From the IMG/VR virus record IMGVR_UViG_3300025834_000005: 64,000 nt of DNA, one strand, 5' to 3'. Position numbers and translations under genes: made by a program. This document shows, one piece after another, positions 38,383-47,957 of this stretch; position 1 is the first letter of the stretch; each line of letters begins with the position of its first letter. Source of the DNA: a virus. The notes below the pieces were generated by a model. It saw only the letters and a list, made by a program, of their open reading frames with translations. It did no database searches and was not told the origin of the DNA.

Positions 38383-39480
38383 ATGTCTATAACAACATTT
38401 ATATCAACTTGGAATACTGTAAACATTAGTGCTGGGTCATCAGCAAATAATCAGATTATGCTTCCTCTCGCAAATGGTGGACATAATTTCATTGTCGATT
38501 GGGGTGACGGCAATACAGATACTATAACAGGCACTACGTCGCCAGAAAGAATACACACATATGCTTCAAGTGGAGTTTATACCATTCAAATTGACGGATT
38601 GATCAATGGTTGGAGTTTTAATAATATAGGCGATAAACTTAAACTATTAGATATTGTACAGTGGGGTGATTTACATATCGGAAATGGTGGATATTATTTC
38701 TGGGGTTGCTCAAATATGACGTGTTCAGCTACGGATAATTTGTATTTAGCTGAAACTAATTCAATGTTGTATATGTTCTACGGCTGTATTAATTTTAGTG
38801 GTAATCTTAGCGGATGGAATGTTAGCACCATATATAACATGAACGGTGCTTTCTATGCATGCGCTTTATTTAATAGTGATATTAGCGGATGGAACGTCTC
38901 AAATGTTGCTGACATGTATCAAACATTTTATGGATGCTCATCATTTAATAATAATATTAGCGGATGGATGTTCACGAGTCTATTAAATCTTCATAGCACA
39001 TTTGGTTGGTGCACATCCTTTAATCAGCCTATAGGTGCATGGGATGTTAGCCAAATGGTTGATATGTCAAATGCTTTTTATAATTGCAGCTCTTTTGATC
39101 AAGATTTAAGTGCATGGGATGTGTCAAGCGTTGCTGATATGACAGGCGTATTTCAAGGTTGCGGAATCTCTTCTGTTAATTATGATAAATTACTTGAATC
39201 GTGGGCATTATTATCTGTACAATCAAATGTCGTATTTGATGTCGCACCTTCTAAGTTCACATTCTCGGCTTTGGCATCGAGAGAAGTATTAAGATCATCA
39301 CCTAATAATTGGAGCATTACAGACGGCGGTATGATTGGCGATATTCCAACTACGTCAATTGGTAATCCTATTGGAGCATTCTTTGGCGTTGATAAGATAA
39401 TTTCAGTATATTTTAACGGCGATAAGATATATGATTGGAGTGGTAATGCCACTACAACCACGACAACTATAGCACCATAA
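38383..39480 (+). CDS. DUF285/BspA-like 26-residue-repeat protein
   Basis: LSGWNVSTIYNMNGAFYAC..FNSDISGWNVSNVADMYQTFYGC..FNNNISGW...IGAWDVSQMVDMSNAFYNC..FDQDLSAWDVSSVADMTGVFQGC. Confidence 0.75.
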   Translation: MSITTFISTWNTVNISAGSSANNQIMLPLANGGHNFIVDWGDGNTDTITGTTSPERIHTYASSGVYTIQIDGLINGWSFNNIGDKLKLLDIVQWGDLHIGNGGYYFWGCSNMTCSATDNLYLAETNSMLYMFYGCINFSGNLSGWNVSTIYNMNGAFYACALFNSDISGWNVSNVADMYQTFYGCSSFNNNISGWMFTSLLNLHSTFGWCTSFNQPIGAWDVSQMVDMSNAFYNCSSFDQDLSAWDVSSVADMTGVFQGCGISSVNYDKLLESWALLSVQSNVVFDVAPSKFTFSALASREVLRSSPNNWSITDGGMIGDIPTTSIGNPIGAFFGVDKIISVYFNGDKIYDWSGNATTTTTTIAP

Positions 39481-39620
39481 GTAATTCCTGATGGAAATTA
39501 GAATGTATGATTATCATTAAAATCAATCAAAGCAATTGATGTGATATCAAAAAGGATTATTATTTGACTTAAGTCGTATTGTAATAATGCTTATAAATAT
39601 CGAGATATTGTAATAATATT

Positions 39621-39631
39621 AGTATTTATAT
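39621..39631 (+). promoter_or_regulatory. phage-specific upstream motif (AGTATTTATAT)
   Basis: 48 nt upstream of ATG 39679. Heads the third fibre operon. Confidence 0.5.
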
Positions 39632-39678
39632 TTAAAACTAATAATGAAAGCATTATCAACATCTAAAAATATAAAAAA

Positions 39679-42297
39679 ATGGCTATTGAATTAAATGATA
39701 ATATTAAAATATTAGCACCTAAACCCGATAGTTCACGATATTGGAATCTTGCCAACACGCCATATACTGATACGGTACAAGTATTGTCAGAAATACCTAT
39801 AGGATTACGATTTATCGGAATGCTTGTGAATGTTAATGGTACTGAATACTGGTTTAGAGACGGTATTAATCTCGAATTATATAATAAACCTTTAACTGGT
39901 CTGGATATGGTAGCGGCACTTCAAGCACTGCCATTAGCCGATAAATTAACAGCAAATGATATAACATATAATGCTGTATTATTGAAGACATTTCTGGATA
40001 ATTTAACAGGATCTAATCTTGGTGTACTTGAGATAGAAACGACGTATAATGGTAATTTTTTTAATGGAATGCGTGTAGCATTTTATGATAATACTGATAC
40101 GTTGATAAAAATTGTCGAAACTTTAACAGGATCTACACTGACGACGCTTCCCATTGGCGTTTACACTGCTGTATTACTGCCTCCTACAGGATATATTACA
40201 GATATGGTTACGATCACTGATGCTAATAATTCTGACAACGCTTCCACCGTAACAACAATTAGCGGAATAACTATTAATAGTAGCATTAAATGCACTATTA
40301 ATATTGTATTAGTTCCCGAAGCAATCCCTGTGCTCAATTATATGTTAATTAATAATGGCGATTTATTTTCATCAATTTCATTATTATCAATAACACCAAA
40401 TTCAGTTGGTGTTATTGATCAGTATATGCTTTCAGAGAGTTCAACATTTGCTGGCGCATTGTGGATTAACTATACAGGGGTTATAAATTATAATAAGGAC
40501 TATATTTCAGATATAACAGTAGTCCTTTATTTGAAATTAAGGAATTCTAAGGGCGTTAGTAATAGTGCAAGTGATAGTATAACCATGACAAATGGCTTCC
40601 ATCGTAGCGACGTGAGTGATACGTATAACTTATTAGGTGACGCTATTAACGCTGTTATTGCCGATTATAATGGTAATTTAACTCAAGATGTGATGATTAC
40701 TTGCGTTGGTATGACTATAAATACCAGAAATACTGGATCATATTTAATAGACGTAAATGCTCTAAATAAAAATTCAGATTATGTATTGATTATTGACGGG
40801 ACAAATAGACTAACACTGGACTGCGCAAGTCTTGGGGGAATACGAATAAAAGATAGTAAAAATATTCTAATTAATGATATAAATTTTATTAATGTGGGTT
40901 CGCAATTAACTGAAGCAGCACCTGAAGAACTTGCAGCTGTTTTTTCACAAGGAACTCCATTGAAACCCTGCAATAATATTGTTATAAAATCTTGCCATGT
41001 TGATTGTAGAGAGACTTACAACGGAATTACAAAGGACGGCAGTTATGGTTTTATCGCTAAAAATACTACGAATTTTAGCACTTTTGAAAATAATATCATA
41101 AATGCGGCTGCTGTGTTGATAAAATGTTCATTTGTTAATAATCTCAATGTCATAAAAAATATTTTTAGAGGTACACAAGTTATCGGTATTGTTAGCCAGC
41201 CTACATTAGTATTAAATACTAACGGTAAACGTGTATATATTTCTGATAATGACTTCAATGGCGATACATTTGACACTGGACTCATTATTGATGCCAGATA
41301 TGTGACAATAATTAGAAATAAATTCCACAGCCTCAATGGTGAATCAATTAGAATGATCAACACAACAAGAGGCGTTAGTCTTGATATAAGCTCCAATTCA
41401 TTTTATAACAACTTGTTAGTAGCTCCATATCCTTGGGTAAAATATACTATAATCCTTAATAATTATTTTGAAACAGTGAGATTTGTATCAAACACTTGTG
41501 AAATGAGAGGTGTAAATTATAGTGGAACTGGTGAATCTTTGATTAGAGGATATAATTGTACGATTAATAAATTAATATTTTCAAACAACATTATTTATAT
41601 TAATTGTCCAGATCCACGATACGCTAATAATACAAGCGGTGGTAATATATTGAATTTTAGTGATATTGTTACATTGGAGTCAAATAATAATATCTATTTA
41701 GACATATCTGCTGACAACAACACTTTAAATACGCCCATTATAACAACAGACACAACATCGACAACAGTGTTGAGATTCATGAACAAGATAAGTGATCTTA
41801 ATGCATTAGGCTATGAAATAGATTCAAGGGTTATACCAATTAATTCCGATTTATTTGTGAGTAAATTGGGTTATGATTACAAGCTAACAATCAATGGAAG
41901 CGTACTTGCCGTAAAATTGTCAGGCGATGTTAATGTTATTGATAATAATTATAAATTAACTGGCTCAACTGTTAATTCTGGCGCATTTGGTTATAATTAT
42001 AACGCTATTTCTGAGACGGATTTATCGACGGATTATATTGCCACTGATCTTGATACCGATACTGTTTATACGATAAATGACGTTATAAACGTATTGTCAA
42101 CACAAGAGCTTTTGTTTGAAACACTTAACAAGAATAGAACCGCTGTGCTTTCATGGAAAATAATAGATAGTTCTAATCAGCATATTGTAAATTCGTTATT
42201 AGGATTATCTGGGTTTGTATCTGTATTTTCAAATTTAAACCCTGATGGCACTTATTTATCAGATGCTTCATATAATATTGAAATAAATTTAATTTAA
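39679..42297 (+). CDS. tailspike-like protein with right-handed beta-helix repeats (putative depolymerase)
   Basis: Shared N-terminal module (MAIELNDNIKILAPKPDSSRYWNLANTPY...). PbH1-like repeats: NNIINAAAVLIKCSFVNN, IKNIFRG, ISDNDFNG, IRNKFHS, SSNSFYNN. Confidence 0.6.
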   Translation: MAIELNDNIKILAPKPDSSRYWNLANTPYTDTVQVLSEIPIGLRFIGMLVNVNGTEYWFRDGINLELYNKPLTGLDMVAALQALPLADKLTANDITYNAVLLKTFLDNLTGSNLGVLEIETTYNGNFFNGMRVAFYDNTDTLIKIVETLTGSTLTTLPIGVYTAVLLPPTGYITDMVTITDANNSDNASTVTTISGITINSSIKCTINIVLVPEAIPVLNYMLINNGDLFSSISLLSITPNSVGVIDQYMLSESSTFAGALWINYTGVINYNKDYISDITVVLYLKLRNSKGVSNSASDSITMTNGFHRSDVSDTYNLLGDAINAVIADYNGNLTQDVMITCVGMTINTRNTGSYLIDVNALNKNSDYVLIIDGTNRLTLDCASLGGIRIKDSKNILINDINFINVGSQLTEAAPEELAAVFSQGTPLKPCNNIVIKSCHVDCRETYNGITKDGSYGFIAKNTTNFSTFENNIINAAAVLIKCSFVNNLNVIKNIFRGTQVIGIVSQPTLVLNTNGKRVYISDNDFNGDTFDTGLIIDARYVTIIRNKFHSLNGESIRMINTTRGVSLDISSNSFYNNLLVAPYPWVKYTIILNNYFETVRFVSNTCEMRGVNYSGTGESLIRGYNCTINKLIFSNNIIYINCPDPRYANNTSGGNILNFSDIVTLESNNNIYLDISADNNTLNTPIITTDTTSTTVLRFMNKISDLNALGYEIDSRVIPINSDLFVSKLGYDYKLTINGSVLAVKLSGDVNVIDNNYKLTGSTVNSGAFGYNYNAISETDLSTDYIATDLDTDTVYTINDVINVLSTQELLFETLNKNRTAVLSWKIIDSSNQHIVNSLLGLSGFVSVFSNLNPDGTYLSDASYNIEINLI

Positions 42298-42306
42298 AAA
42301 TACGCT

Positions 42307-45084
42307 ATGACAATTTATAATAATAAAATATTAGTTAGCCAACGTAGGACTCAGTCAAAATTCATTATTGACAACTATTTTCCTGTTATTAATAGTGATG
42401 TTAATTTAATAAGCGAATCAATTGAGGCTGATAATAGCGTGTGGTCATTAAATGACGGTGTTACTCCCGTATCTATATCAGGGGTAACAGGAACAACATT
42501 AACCCCAAGAATTGCAGCACCTCTTATGCAATCGTTGCAAACCGTAAATCGTGTTGGCAATAATGTTTATACAAAATTTGTGTACCCTATATATGCTCCA
42601 ACAAGGGTATATTCAGACATTGTTGTTGATAAGGAAATTATTAGAATCGGCGAATCTGTTACAATCAGTGCTGTTGATTTTAACACTGTGAGTGGATCAA
42701 CTCCGAGTTATTTATTTAGAGTGTATGACAGTAATAGTAATGCTCTGGTAAAGATATTAACAAATAAAATTAATACCACAACTTTTTCAACATTAGGAGC
42801 TTATGATATTGTGTTGGAGATCACAACAAATGGATCGATAGTTAAACAAACTATTCGAAAGTTGCTGACTGTTACGCCCTCATTATCTAATATAGGGGAC
42901 GCTATAATATGTGAATTAGTTCCAGTTACTCAATTGGTTACTAAACAAGATTTTGGTGATAGTAATATTTCTGCTGGTTCGACTATTATTATAAGACTTC
43001 CAGTGTTACCACCCGAAGGTTCGATGTATAGATTATCATTGAATAATTTACAGGGGACTGCGTTAAACCCAATTGTGATTACATTCGATTCGAATACACA
43101 AATTGAGTTTAATTTTAATAGCTATTATGGATTTTTGATGTATAATTGTCAACATGTTATTTTTGATGGCAGAGGCTATAATAATTTAAAATATGGGATA
43201 CATATAACCAAATATGAGTCAACAGATATTGCTATAACTGGTTTTGGTGTAGGTTATTTATGTAGCGATATACAAATATTCGGTGTTGAAATATCAAAAG
43301 CAAGTTTTGCTGGCTTATTAGCAAAAACAGACCCCAACCCAAATGATCCTACAACATGGAGGGAAAATTATTCGTTTAACAATTTTTCATTGCATCATAA
43401 TTATTTCCATGACACCAGCTCAGAGGGCAATTATATTGGATATTTTAGTCCTGAAACACATACAGCCTTGAATAGTACTGGTGGAACTGTGACATATAGA
43501 GCACATGAAATGCGTTCGGCAAAAATTTATAGAAACACTTATTTAAGAACAGGCTGGGACAGTATTCAATTAAATAATGGAACAACAAATTGTGAAATAT
43601 GCTATAATGACATAACAGATGCCTCAATTTATCCTGAAGCTGATCAGGCAAGCTTTATGTCATTATCTATGGACGGATCTATACATCATAATACAATGGC
43701 AAACTCAGGAGGCGTTGGTATCCAATTTGGTTCATTTACTGGTATTGATATTTATAATAATACTATGACAGGCGTTGCCACAGGGTATAGCGGATTGTTA
43801 TTGCTTAGTTCCATAAATGTTCCTGAACAATATGGAACTAACGGTACTAATTCAGGCACAACTATAAATGTTTATAATAACACTATTTTATGCTCTGGTA
43901 CATTTTTTAATGCTCAGAATGTTGTACAATTTAGTAGCGTGTACGTAAAGAATAATTTATTAAAATATGAAGGTTCTTTATTTAGCGGACAAGATACAGT
44001 AACCGAAGCTAATTGGATTGCAAATGCTGAATCTAATTTTAGAATTACTGACGACGGCTCAGCATATCAATTAGCCAATATAGATGATAATGATTTACAG
44101 ATATCATCAAATTCAAATTTAATTGATACAGGTGTAAATTTTGGATCAAACGATGATATAAGAGGCTTTGAGAAATGGAATGTGCCTACAAAGCATATAG
44201 GTGCGTTTTCAGGTTATAGAAGACTGAGTCAATCCATTCTAACATTAACAAATTTTAATTTAAATAGTAGCGGCATAACGACCAGTAATAGACTTGTAAC
44301 AGTATCGTATGCATCAATAGGCTCTCCCACTCAGTATATGATAGGCGAAGACCCTTCATTAATTGGTTCGTCATGGATTGATATCACAGGTGGAACTATC
44401 ACCTACACGCTTACAGAACCAGACGGTTTAAAAACAGTGTATTTTAAATTGAAAAATGCTTCTGACGCTGTTAGTAGTATATTGAGTTATTCGATAAATC
44501 TAAATAGACAAAAGCGAATACTGGTTGACATAGGATCGTCAAATGCATCATATCAAACAGGCACAATGGGTAATCCTCAGACAACTGATAATGTTTGGAA
44601 TAATTTATATTCGGCTGCAAATGCAACACCTGTGGCAACAGGCAATACAGTATCGCCATTGGTTGACGTAAGCGGCGCAGCGACATCATTTTCAATGGTA
44701 GTTTCCACCTCTTTCAGTGATTGGGAGGCAAACGGTGGTGCTGATAATCCTTTGGCTATATATCCGTATACAGCATATAAGGATTCATTCATTGCTAATT
44801 TTGGCACTGTCGGCGAGCTTACGCTATTGAATTTAAACCCAGCTAATTTATATACTGTTAAATGTTTTGGGGCAAGAGGATTTACCAGTAATAGAACTAT
44901 TTACACTATTGACGGAGTATCACAGCCATTATTAACACAAAATAATATTAGTAGTGTTGTTACTTTTAGCGGAGTATCTCCAGATATTAATAATAACATT
45001 ATTATAAGAGTCGGAGGAACTGCTGGTTATCCTGATACAAATGGCTATATCTCAGTCTTAGACATATATGAGCAGATCGTATGA
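42307..45084 (+). CDS. second beta-helix protein (putative polysaccharide lyase/hydrolase tailspike)
   Basis: HHNYFHDTSSEGNYIGY, IYRNTYLRTGWDSIQLNN, CYNDI, IHHNTMANSGGVGIQFG, IYNNTM, VYNNTI. Confidence 0.6.
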   Translation: MTIYNNKILVSQRRTQSKFIIDNYFPVINSDVNLISESIEADNSVWSLNDGVTPVSISGVTGTTLTPRIAAPLMQSLQTVNRVGNNVYTKFVYPIYAPTRVYSDIVVDKEIIRIGESVTISAVDFNTVSGSTPSYLFRVYDSNSNALVKILTNKINTTTFSTLGAYDIVLEITTNGSIVKQTIRKLLTVTPSLSNIGDAIICELVPVTQLVTKQDFGDSNISAGSTIIIRLPVLPPEGSMYRLSLNNLQGTALNPIVITFDSNTQIEFNFNSYYGFLMYNCQHVIFDGRGYNNLKYGIHITKYESTDIAITGFGVGYLCSDIQIFGVEISKASFAGLLAKTDPNPNDPTTWRENYSFNNFSLHHNYFHDTSSEGNYIGYFSPETHTALNSTGGTVTYRAHEMRSAKIYRNTYLRTGWDSIQLNNGTTNCEICYNDITDASIYPEADQASFMSLSMDGSIHHNTMANSGGVGIQFGSFTGIDIYNNTMTGVATGYSGLLLLSSINVPEQYGTNGTNSGTTINVYNNTILCSGTFFNAQNVVQFSSVYVKNNLLKYEGSLFSGQDTVTEANWIANAESNFRITDDGSAYQLANIDDNDLQISSNSNLIDTGVNFGSNDDIRGFEKWNVPTKHIGAFSGYRRLSQSILTLTNFNLNSSGITTSNRLVTVSYASIGSPTQYMIGEDPSLIGSSWIDITGGTITYTLTEPDGLKTVYFKLKNASDAVSSILSYSINLNRQKRILVDIGSSNASYQTGTMGNPQTTDNVWNNLYSAANATPVATGNTVSPLVDVSGAATSFSMVVSTSFSDWEANGGADNPLAIYPYTAYKDSFIANFGTVGELTLLNLNPANLYTVKCFGARGFTSNRTIYTIDGVSQPLLTQNNISSVVTFSGVSPDINNNIIIRVGGTAGYPDTNGYISVLDIYEQIV

Positions 45085-45137
45085 TAAGGGTAGATATTGA
45101 CGAAATCTATTTATGACTATCGCTAATTAATAATCGC

Positions 45138-45148
45138 CGTATTTATAG
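45138..45148 (+). promoter_or_regulatory. phage-specific upstream motif (CGTATTTATAG)
   Basis: 13 nt upstream of ATG 45161. Confidence 0.45.
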
Positions 45149-45160
45149 AAAATATTGATC

Positions 45161-45376
45161 ATGAGTGTACTTGAAGAGATTTATACAGGATGGAAAAACT
45201 TCGTATTTGAAAACGAAGCAGTTGAGGAAATAGCAAAAAAACGAATCATCATATGTGTTGATTGTGAATTCTTTACAGTTTTAAAAACATGCACGAAATG
45301 TGGGTGCTATATGCCGTTTAAAACAAGAAGTCCTTTATCATCATGCGCATTACCCGAACCTTTAAAAAAATGGTAA
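45161..45376 (+). CDS. small Cys-rich (zinc-ribbon-like) protein
   Basis: CVDC...CTKCGC...C pattern. ATG at 45161 is preferred over the TTG track start. Confidence 0.55.
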   Translation: MSVLEEIYTGWKNFVFENEAVEEIAKKRIIICVDCEFFTVLKTCTKCGCYMPFKTRSPLSSCALPEPLKKW

Positions 45377-45981
45377 TGATAGACAATAGACAACGATTAT
45401 TCGAAATAATGGAAAGGGTTAATCCCGAATTCATTAATGAGGCTGGCGTTATCGGCAATGCTTTTAGATCAGCTAATAATGCTGTGTTTGGTGCTGCTGA
45501 TAAAGCCGCAGCAGCTACAGTCGATAAAGCAAAAGCAGCGATCTCAAATAAATTGGGCGATAACTTCCAATTAAGAACATATGGCGATTTAAATAAAGCC
45601 ATCAATGTTATAACAGGCGTAAAAAAGGGCGAATTAGTTGGAGCTGAGTTGTCAAATGTGGGTGTTGACTTTCTATTAGGCTTATTACCAGGACTTAGTG
45701 CAGCGAAATCAGCAATGGATGTATATTCGGCAATGTTTAAAGCACCTGATGATAAAAAAACAAATACATGGCTTGATAAGCTAAATGTTGACGATGATTT
45801 ATCGGCTATTGTTGATGATACTGTTGAAACAGGCTTTATGACTGAATTATCACAGCTTATAGCTAATGAGCCTCCAACAAAACCTCTTGAGCCTAATTTC
45901 GATATCAATGCAAAGATGGTTGATTTTTTATCACGAAAATATAATAAAAGAACTGTTGCAGGTGTTCCGCCGAAAGTTTAA
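45376..45981 (+). CDS. RLFE-leader family protein A
   Basis: TAATG overlap with the upstream stop. N-terminus MIDNRQRLFEIMERVNPEF. The opposite-strand ORF 45318-45908 is judged a shadow. Confidence 0.6.
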   Translation: MIDNRQRLFEIMERVNPEFINEAGVIGNAFRSANNAVFGAADKAAAATVDKAKAAISNKLGDNFQLRTYGDLNKAINVITGVKKGELVGAELSNVGVDFLLGLLPGLSAAKSAMDVYSAMFKAPDDKKTNTWLDKLNVDDDLSAIVDDTVETGFMTELSQLIANEPPTKPLEPNFDINAKMVDFLSRKYNKRTVAGVPPKV

Positions 45982-45982
45982 T

Positions 45983-46006
45983 TGCTCAGTTATTTAAACT
46001 GAGCAA
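45983..46006. terminator. hairpin between convergent genes (weak T-tract)
   Basis: ttgctcagt-atttaa-actgagcaa, 9-bp stem. Confidence 0.45.
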
Positions 46007-46541
46007 TATTATCGGCAACCATATCGTATAGATACTGTTTTGCAAAAATTCCTTTAATCTTTGGCGATGCTTTACTTAAAGCAACAAAAGCAATTTCTTC
46101 TCCGCCTTTTGTATAAAGAGTAACATCAATATCGCTCCACTCAACATGGCTTATAAGTGATGTTGCGTCATCAGGAACGTCATAATCTCCACTGCGAACA
46201 GTATTGGTATCCATTTGACATGGAACATTGATACCACTCATGTATAATTGAAACGTAATAGGCTCTTTAGCTGGGTCAAATGCATAAACAATATCGCTAA
46301 TATATTCAAGGTCAAAATTACAACTATCGTTATCTTCCATTTCTTTAATATTCGAGTCAATAACATTCTCCTTAATCTTACTCCTATTCGAGATAGAATC
46401 AATTATAAACTGTTTTTGGAAGTCCTCGCTACCAAGTAACTGCGCTCTTTCGTCCTCTCCAACTTGCTTATCGTTATTAAGATAGTCAAATTCTGATATC
46501 ACTTCATTTATGGCTTTAATAATTCTCTTATCAATATTCAT
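45990..46541 (-). CDS. hypothetical acidic protein
   Basis: 183-aa ORF with the phage motif upstream. Confidence 0.6.
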   Translation of the reverse strand: MNIDKRIIKAINEVISEFDYLNNDKQVGEDERAQLLGSEDFQKQFIIDSISNRSKIKENVIDSNIKEMEDNDSCNFDLEYISDIVYAFDPAKEPITFQLYMSGINVPCQMDTNTVRSGDYDVPDDATSLISHVEWSDIDVTLYTKGGEEIAFVALSKASPKIKGIFAKQYLYDMVADNIAQFK

Positions 46542-46551
46542 ATCAATATTT

Positions 46552-46564
46552 TAATATAAATACG
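46552..46564 (-). promoter_or_regulatory. phage-specific upstream motif (sense CGTATTTATATTA)
   Basis: 11 nt upstream of ATG 46541. Confidence 0.5.
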
Positions 46565-46589
46565 AGGGAAATAAATATTGTTAAAACAC

Positions 46590-46620
46590 TTGCATGTTAA
46601 TATTATATTGCATATATTTG
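46590..46620 (+). promoter_or_regulatory. Bacteroidota sigma-A-type promoter
   Basis: cTTGca-N20-TAtaTTTG, upstream of the DUF2158-like ORF. Confidence 0.6.
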
Positions 46621-46639
46621 CAGTCTAAAATATAATAAT

Positions 46640-46804
46640 ATGAGCGAGTTAAAATGTGGCGACGTAGTCGAATTAAAATCTGGAAGTCCTAAAATGACAT
46701 TAGGTATATATGACGAGGATGAGGATAGTTGGTATTGCCAATGGTTTAGAGAATCCGATCTTAATGAGGGCGATTTTTATGCTGATCAACTTAAATTGGT
46801 TTAA
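46640..46804 (+). CDS. DUF2158 (YodC)-like small protein
   Basis: 54 aa, below the track cutoff. MSELKCGDVVELKSGSPKMTLGIY...WYCQWF matches the GDVVxLKSGGPxMTV...C.WF pattern. Confidence 0.65.
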   Translation: MSELKCGDVVELKSGSPKMTLGIYDEDEDSWYCQWFRESDLNEGDFYADQLKLV

Positions 46805-46849
46805 AATAACGAATAATTAAACTTTTTTTAAAAAAATTACTATTTATAG

Positions 46850-46879
46850 TTGCAGGTTACAAAATAATGATTACTTTTG
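46850..46879 (+). promoter_or_regulatory. Bacteroidota sigma-A-type promoter of leader unit 1
   Basis: ACTATTTATAgTTGca-N19-TActTTTG. Conserved with units 2 and 3. Confidence 0.65.
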
Positions 46880-46907
46880 TACCGAAATAAAAAAATAATT
46901 AGAAACA

Positions 46908-46979
46908 ATGAGAACAATTTTTAACATAGTACCGCAACATCAACCACAACAATTGAAATCTTTTCAATCGAATGGCTGA
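46908..46979 (+). CDS. leader peptide 1 (MRTIFNIVPQHQPQQLKSFQSNG)
   Basis: Conserved context AGAAAcaATGAGA. The run Pro-Gln-His-Gln-Pro-Gln-Gln matches the downstream tRNA-Pro/His/Gln genes. Confidence 0.6.
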   Translation: MRTIFNIVPQHQPQQLKSFQSNG

Positions 46980-47008
46980 ACTATGTAAAAAATAAGCATA
47001 CATAATGA

Positions 47009-47042
47009 TCCCCTTTAATTGAAAGATTAAAGGGGATTTTTT
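47009..47042 (+). terminator. intrinsic terminator (attenuator 1)
   Basis: 11-bp stem tcccctttaat/attaaagggga plus T6. Lies 30 nt after the leader stop and 3 nt before the first tRNA-like gene. Confidence 0.8.
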
Positions 47043-47044
47043 AT

Positions 47045-47131
47045 ATAGGCGTAGACCTGTAGTTGGTAGCAGTCCTGATTTGGGATCAGGCGTAGTAAAA
47101 TACCTCGTGAGTTCGAGCCTCACCGCTTATA
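47045..47131 (+). tRNA. atypical tRNA-like gene, anticodon UGG (Pro codons), with Leu-like D-arm and 16-nt variable region
   Basis: Acceptor ataggcg/cgcttat. Anticodon arm cctga-tttggga-tcagg. T-arm gtgag-ttcgagc-ctcac. No nucleotide left for position 26. Confidence 0.5.
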
Positions 47132-47142
47132 CAAATTTTTAA

Positions 47143-47667
47143 ATGATTTATATGGAAAAAATTAATAATATTATGATTGTCGCTGTTAATAAAGGATATT
47201 ACGCCAATGAAAATGGTGATATATTCTCAGTGAAGAAAAAGTTAATATTAGGAAAGTCAAAAAATGGTTATCTTCGTTTTTCGATTAGATGCAATGGATA
47301 TAGAGAGGTTGTCTTCGTTCACAAATTTGTAGCATATTTAAAGTATGGCGACAAGATGTTTGAAGATAATATTGAGGTTAGGCATTTTAATGGCGATTCA
47401 TCAGATAATTCATTTGAAAATATATTACTTGGGACACACTCAGATAATATGCAAGATATTTCAAAAATAGTGCGGATAACAAAAGCCTTAATAGCATCAA
47501 AAAAAGTAAGGGCTTTTGATGACGACACTGTTAATGAAATATTAAATGATAGAAAATTTGGAATGACATATAAAGACCTTTGCGCTAAATATGATACGAG
47601 TAAGTCAACGTTGAGTTACTTTTTCAATCATGCATATTATAGTGGTCTCAGAGAATTGAAAGAGTGA
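47143..47667 (+). CDS. HNH homing endonuclease
   Basis: VRHFNGDSSDNSFENILLGTHSDN (HNH_3-type) plus C-terminal helix-turn-helix. Inserted between tRNA genes. Confidence 0.8.
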   Translation: MIYMEKINNIMIVAVNKGYYANENGDIFSVKKKLILGKSKNGYLRFSIRCNGYREVVFVHKFVAYLKYGDKMFEDNIEVRHFNGDSSDNSFENILLGTHSDNMQDISKIVRITKALIASKKVRAFDDDTVNEILNDRKFGMTYKDLCAKYDTSKSTLSYFFNHAYYSGLRELKE

Positions 47668-47673
47668 ATATAC

Positions 47674-47747
47674 AGGGTAGTTATGCAGAGACTATACAAC
47701 GCAAGTTTGGAACTTGCGGTTCGTGGGTTTGAATCCCACCTACCCTA
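47674..47747 (+). tRNA. atypical tRNA-like gene, anticodon UGG, degenerate D-arm (no GG) and T-loop tttgaat (no C56)
   Basis: Acceptor agggtag/ctaccct. Anticodon arm gcaag-tttggaa-cttgc. T-arm gtggg-tttgaat-cccac. Confidence 0.45.
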
Positions 47748-47768
47748 CAAATTATTAGTTTGTAATAT

Positions 47769-47841
47769 AGAGTAGTATATCAATTGGCAGATTACCGCAT
47801 TTGGGATGCGGAGGTTCTGGGTTCGAGTCCCAGTTACTCTA
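47769..47841 (+). tRNA. tRNA-Pro (UGG)
   Basis: Acceptor agagtag/ttactct. Loop tttggga. T-arm ctggg-ttcgagt-cccag. D-loop has GG. Confidence 0.75.
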
Positions 47842-47882
47842 CTGATTATCAATTAGTTGATAGTTATTAAATGGTGTTTGTA

Positions 47883-47957
47883 GCTTAAATGGATAAAGCG
47901 CATGCCTGTGAAGCATGTACATGCGAGATCGTACCTCGTCTAACACCCTAATTTTAA
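47883..47957 (+). tRNA. tRNA-His (GUG) with G-1:C73
   Basis: Extra 5' G pairs with C73. Loop ctgtgaa. T-loop atcgtac (A54/U58 swapped). Confidence 0.75.

Noticed and set aside
28321-39170. CRISPR-like regular repeats
   Set aside because: All regular repeats (180-nt, about 78-nt and 63-66-nt) are in frame inside long ORFs and encode protein repeats. There is no repeat-spacer architecture and there are no cas genes.
39634-39684. 16-codon ORF MKALSTSKNIKKWLLN overlapping the start of gene 39679
   Set aside because: No terminator or tRNA context like the three leader units, and no conservation evident. Probably fortuitous.
45318-45908. 196-aa minus-strand ORF overlapping the 45376-45981 gene
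   Set aside because: The plus-strand frame has the TAATG coupling and the conserved RLFE leader shared with two paralogs. The minus frame is Ala/Ser-rich shadow.
46899-47123. Track ORFs overlapping tRNA genes (46899-47123, the 5' part of 48823-49152, 50806-51015, 51761-51955, 57545-57727, 57663-57932)
   Set aside because: They run through or antisense to well-folded tRNAs and terminators. They are explained as chance open frames.
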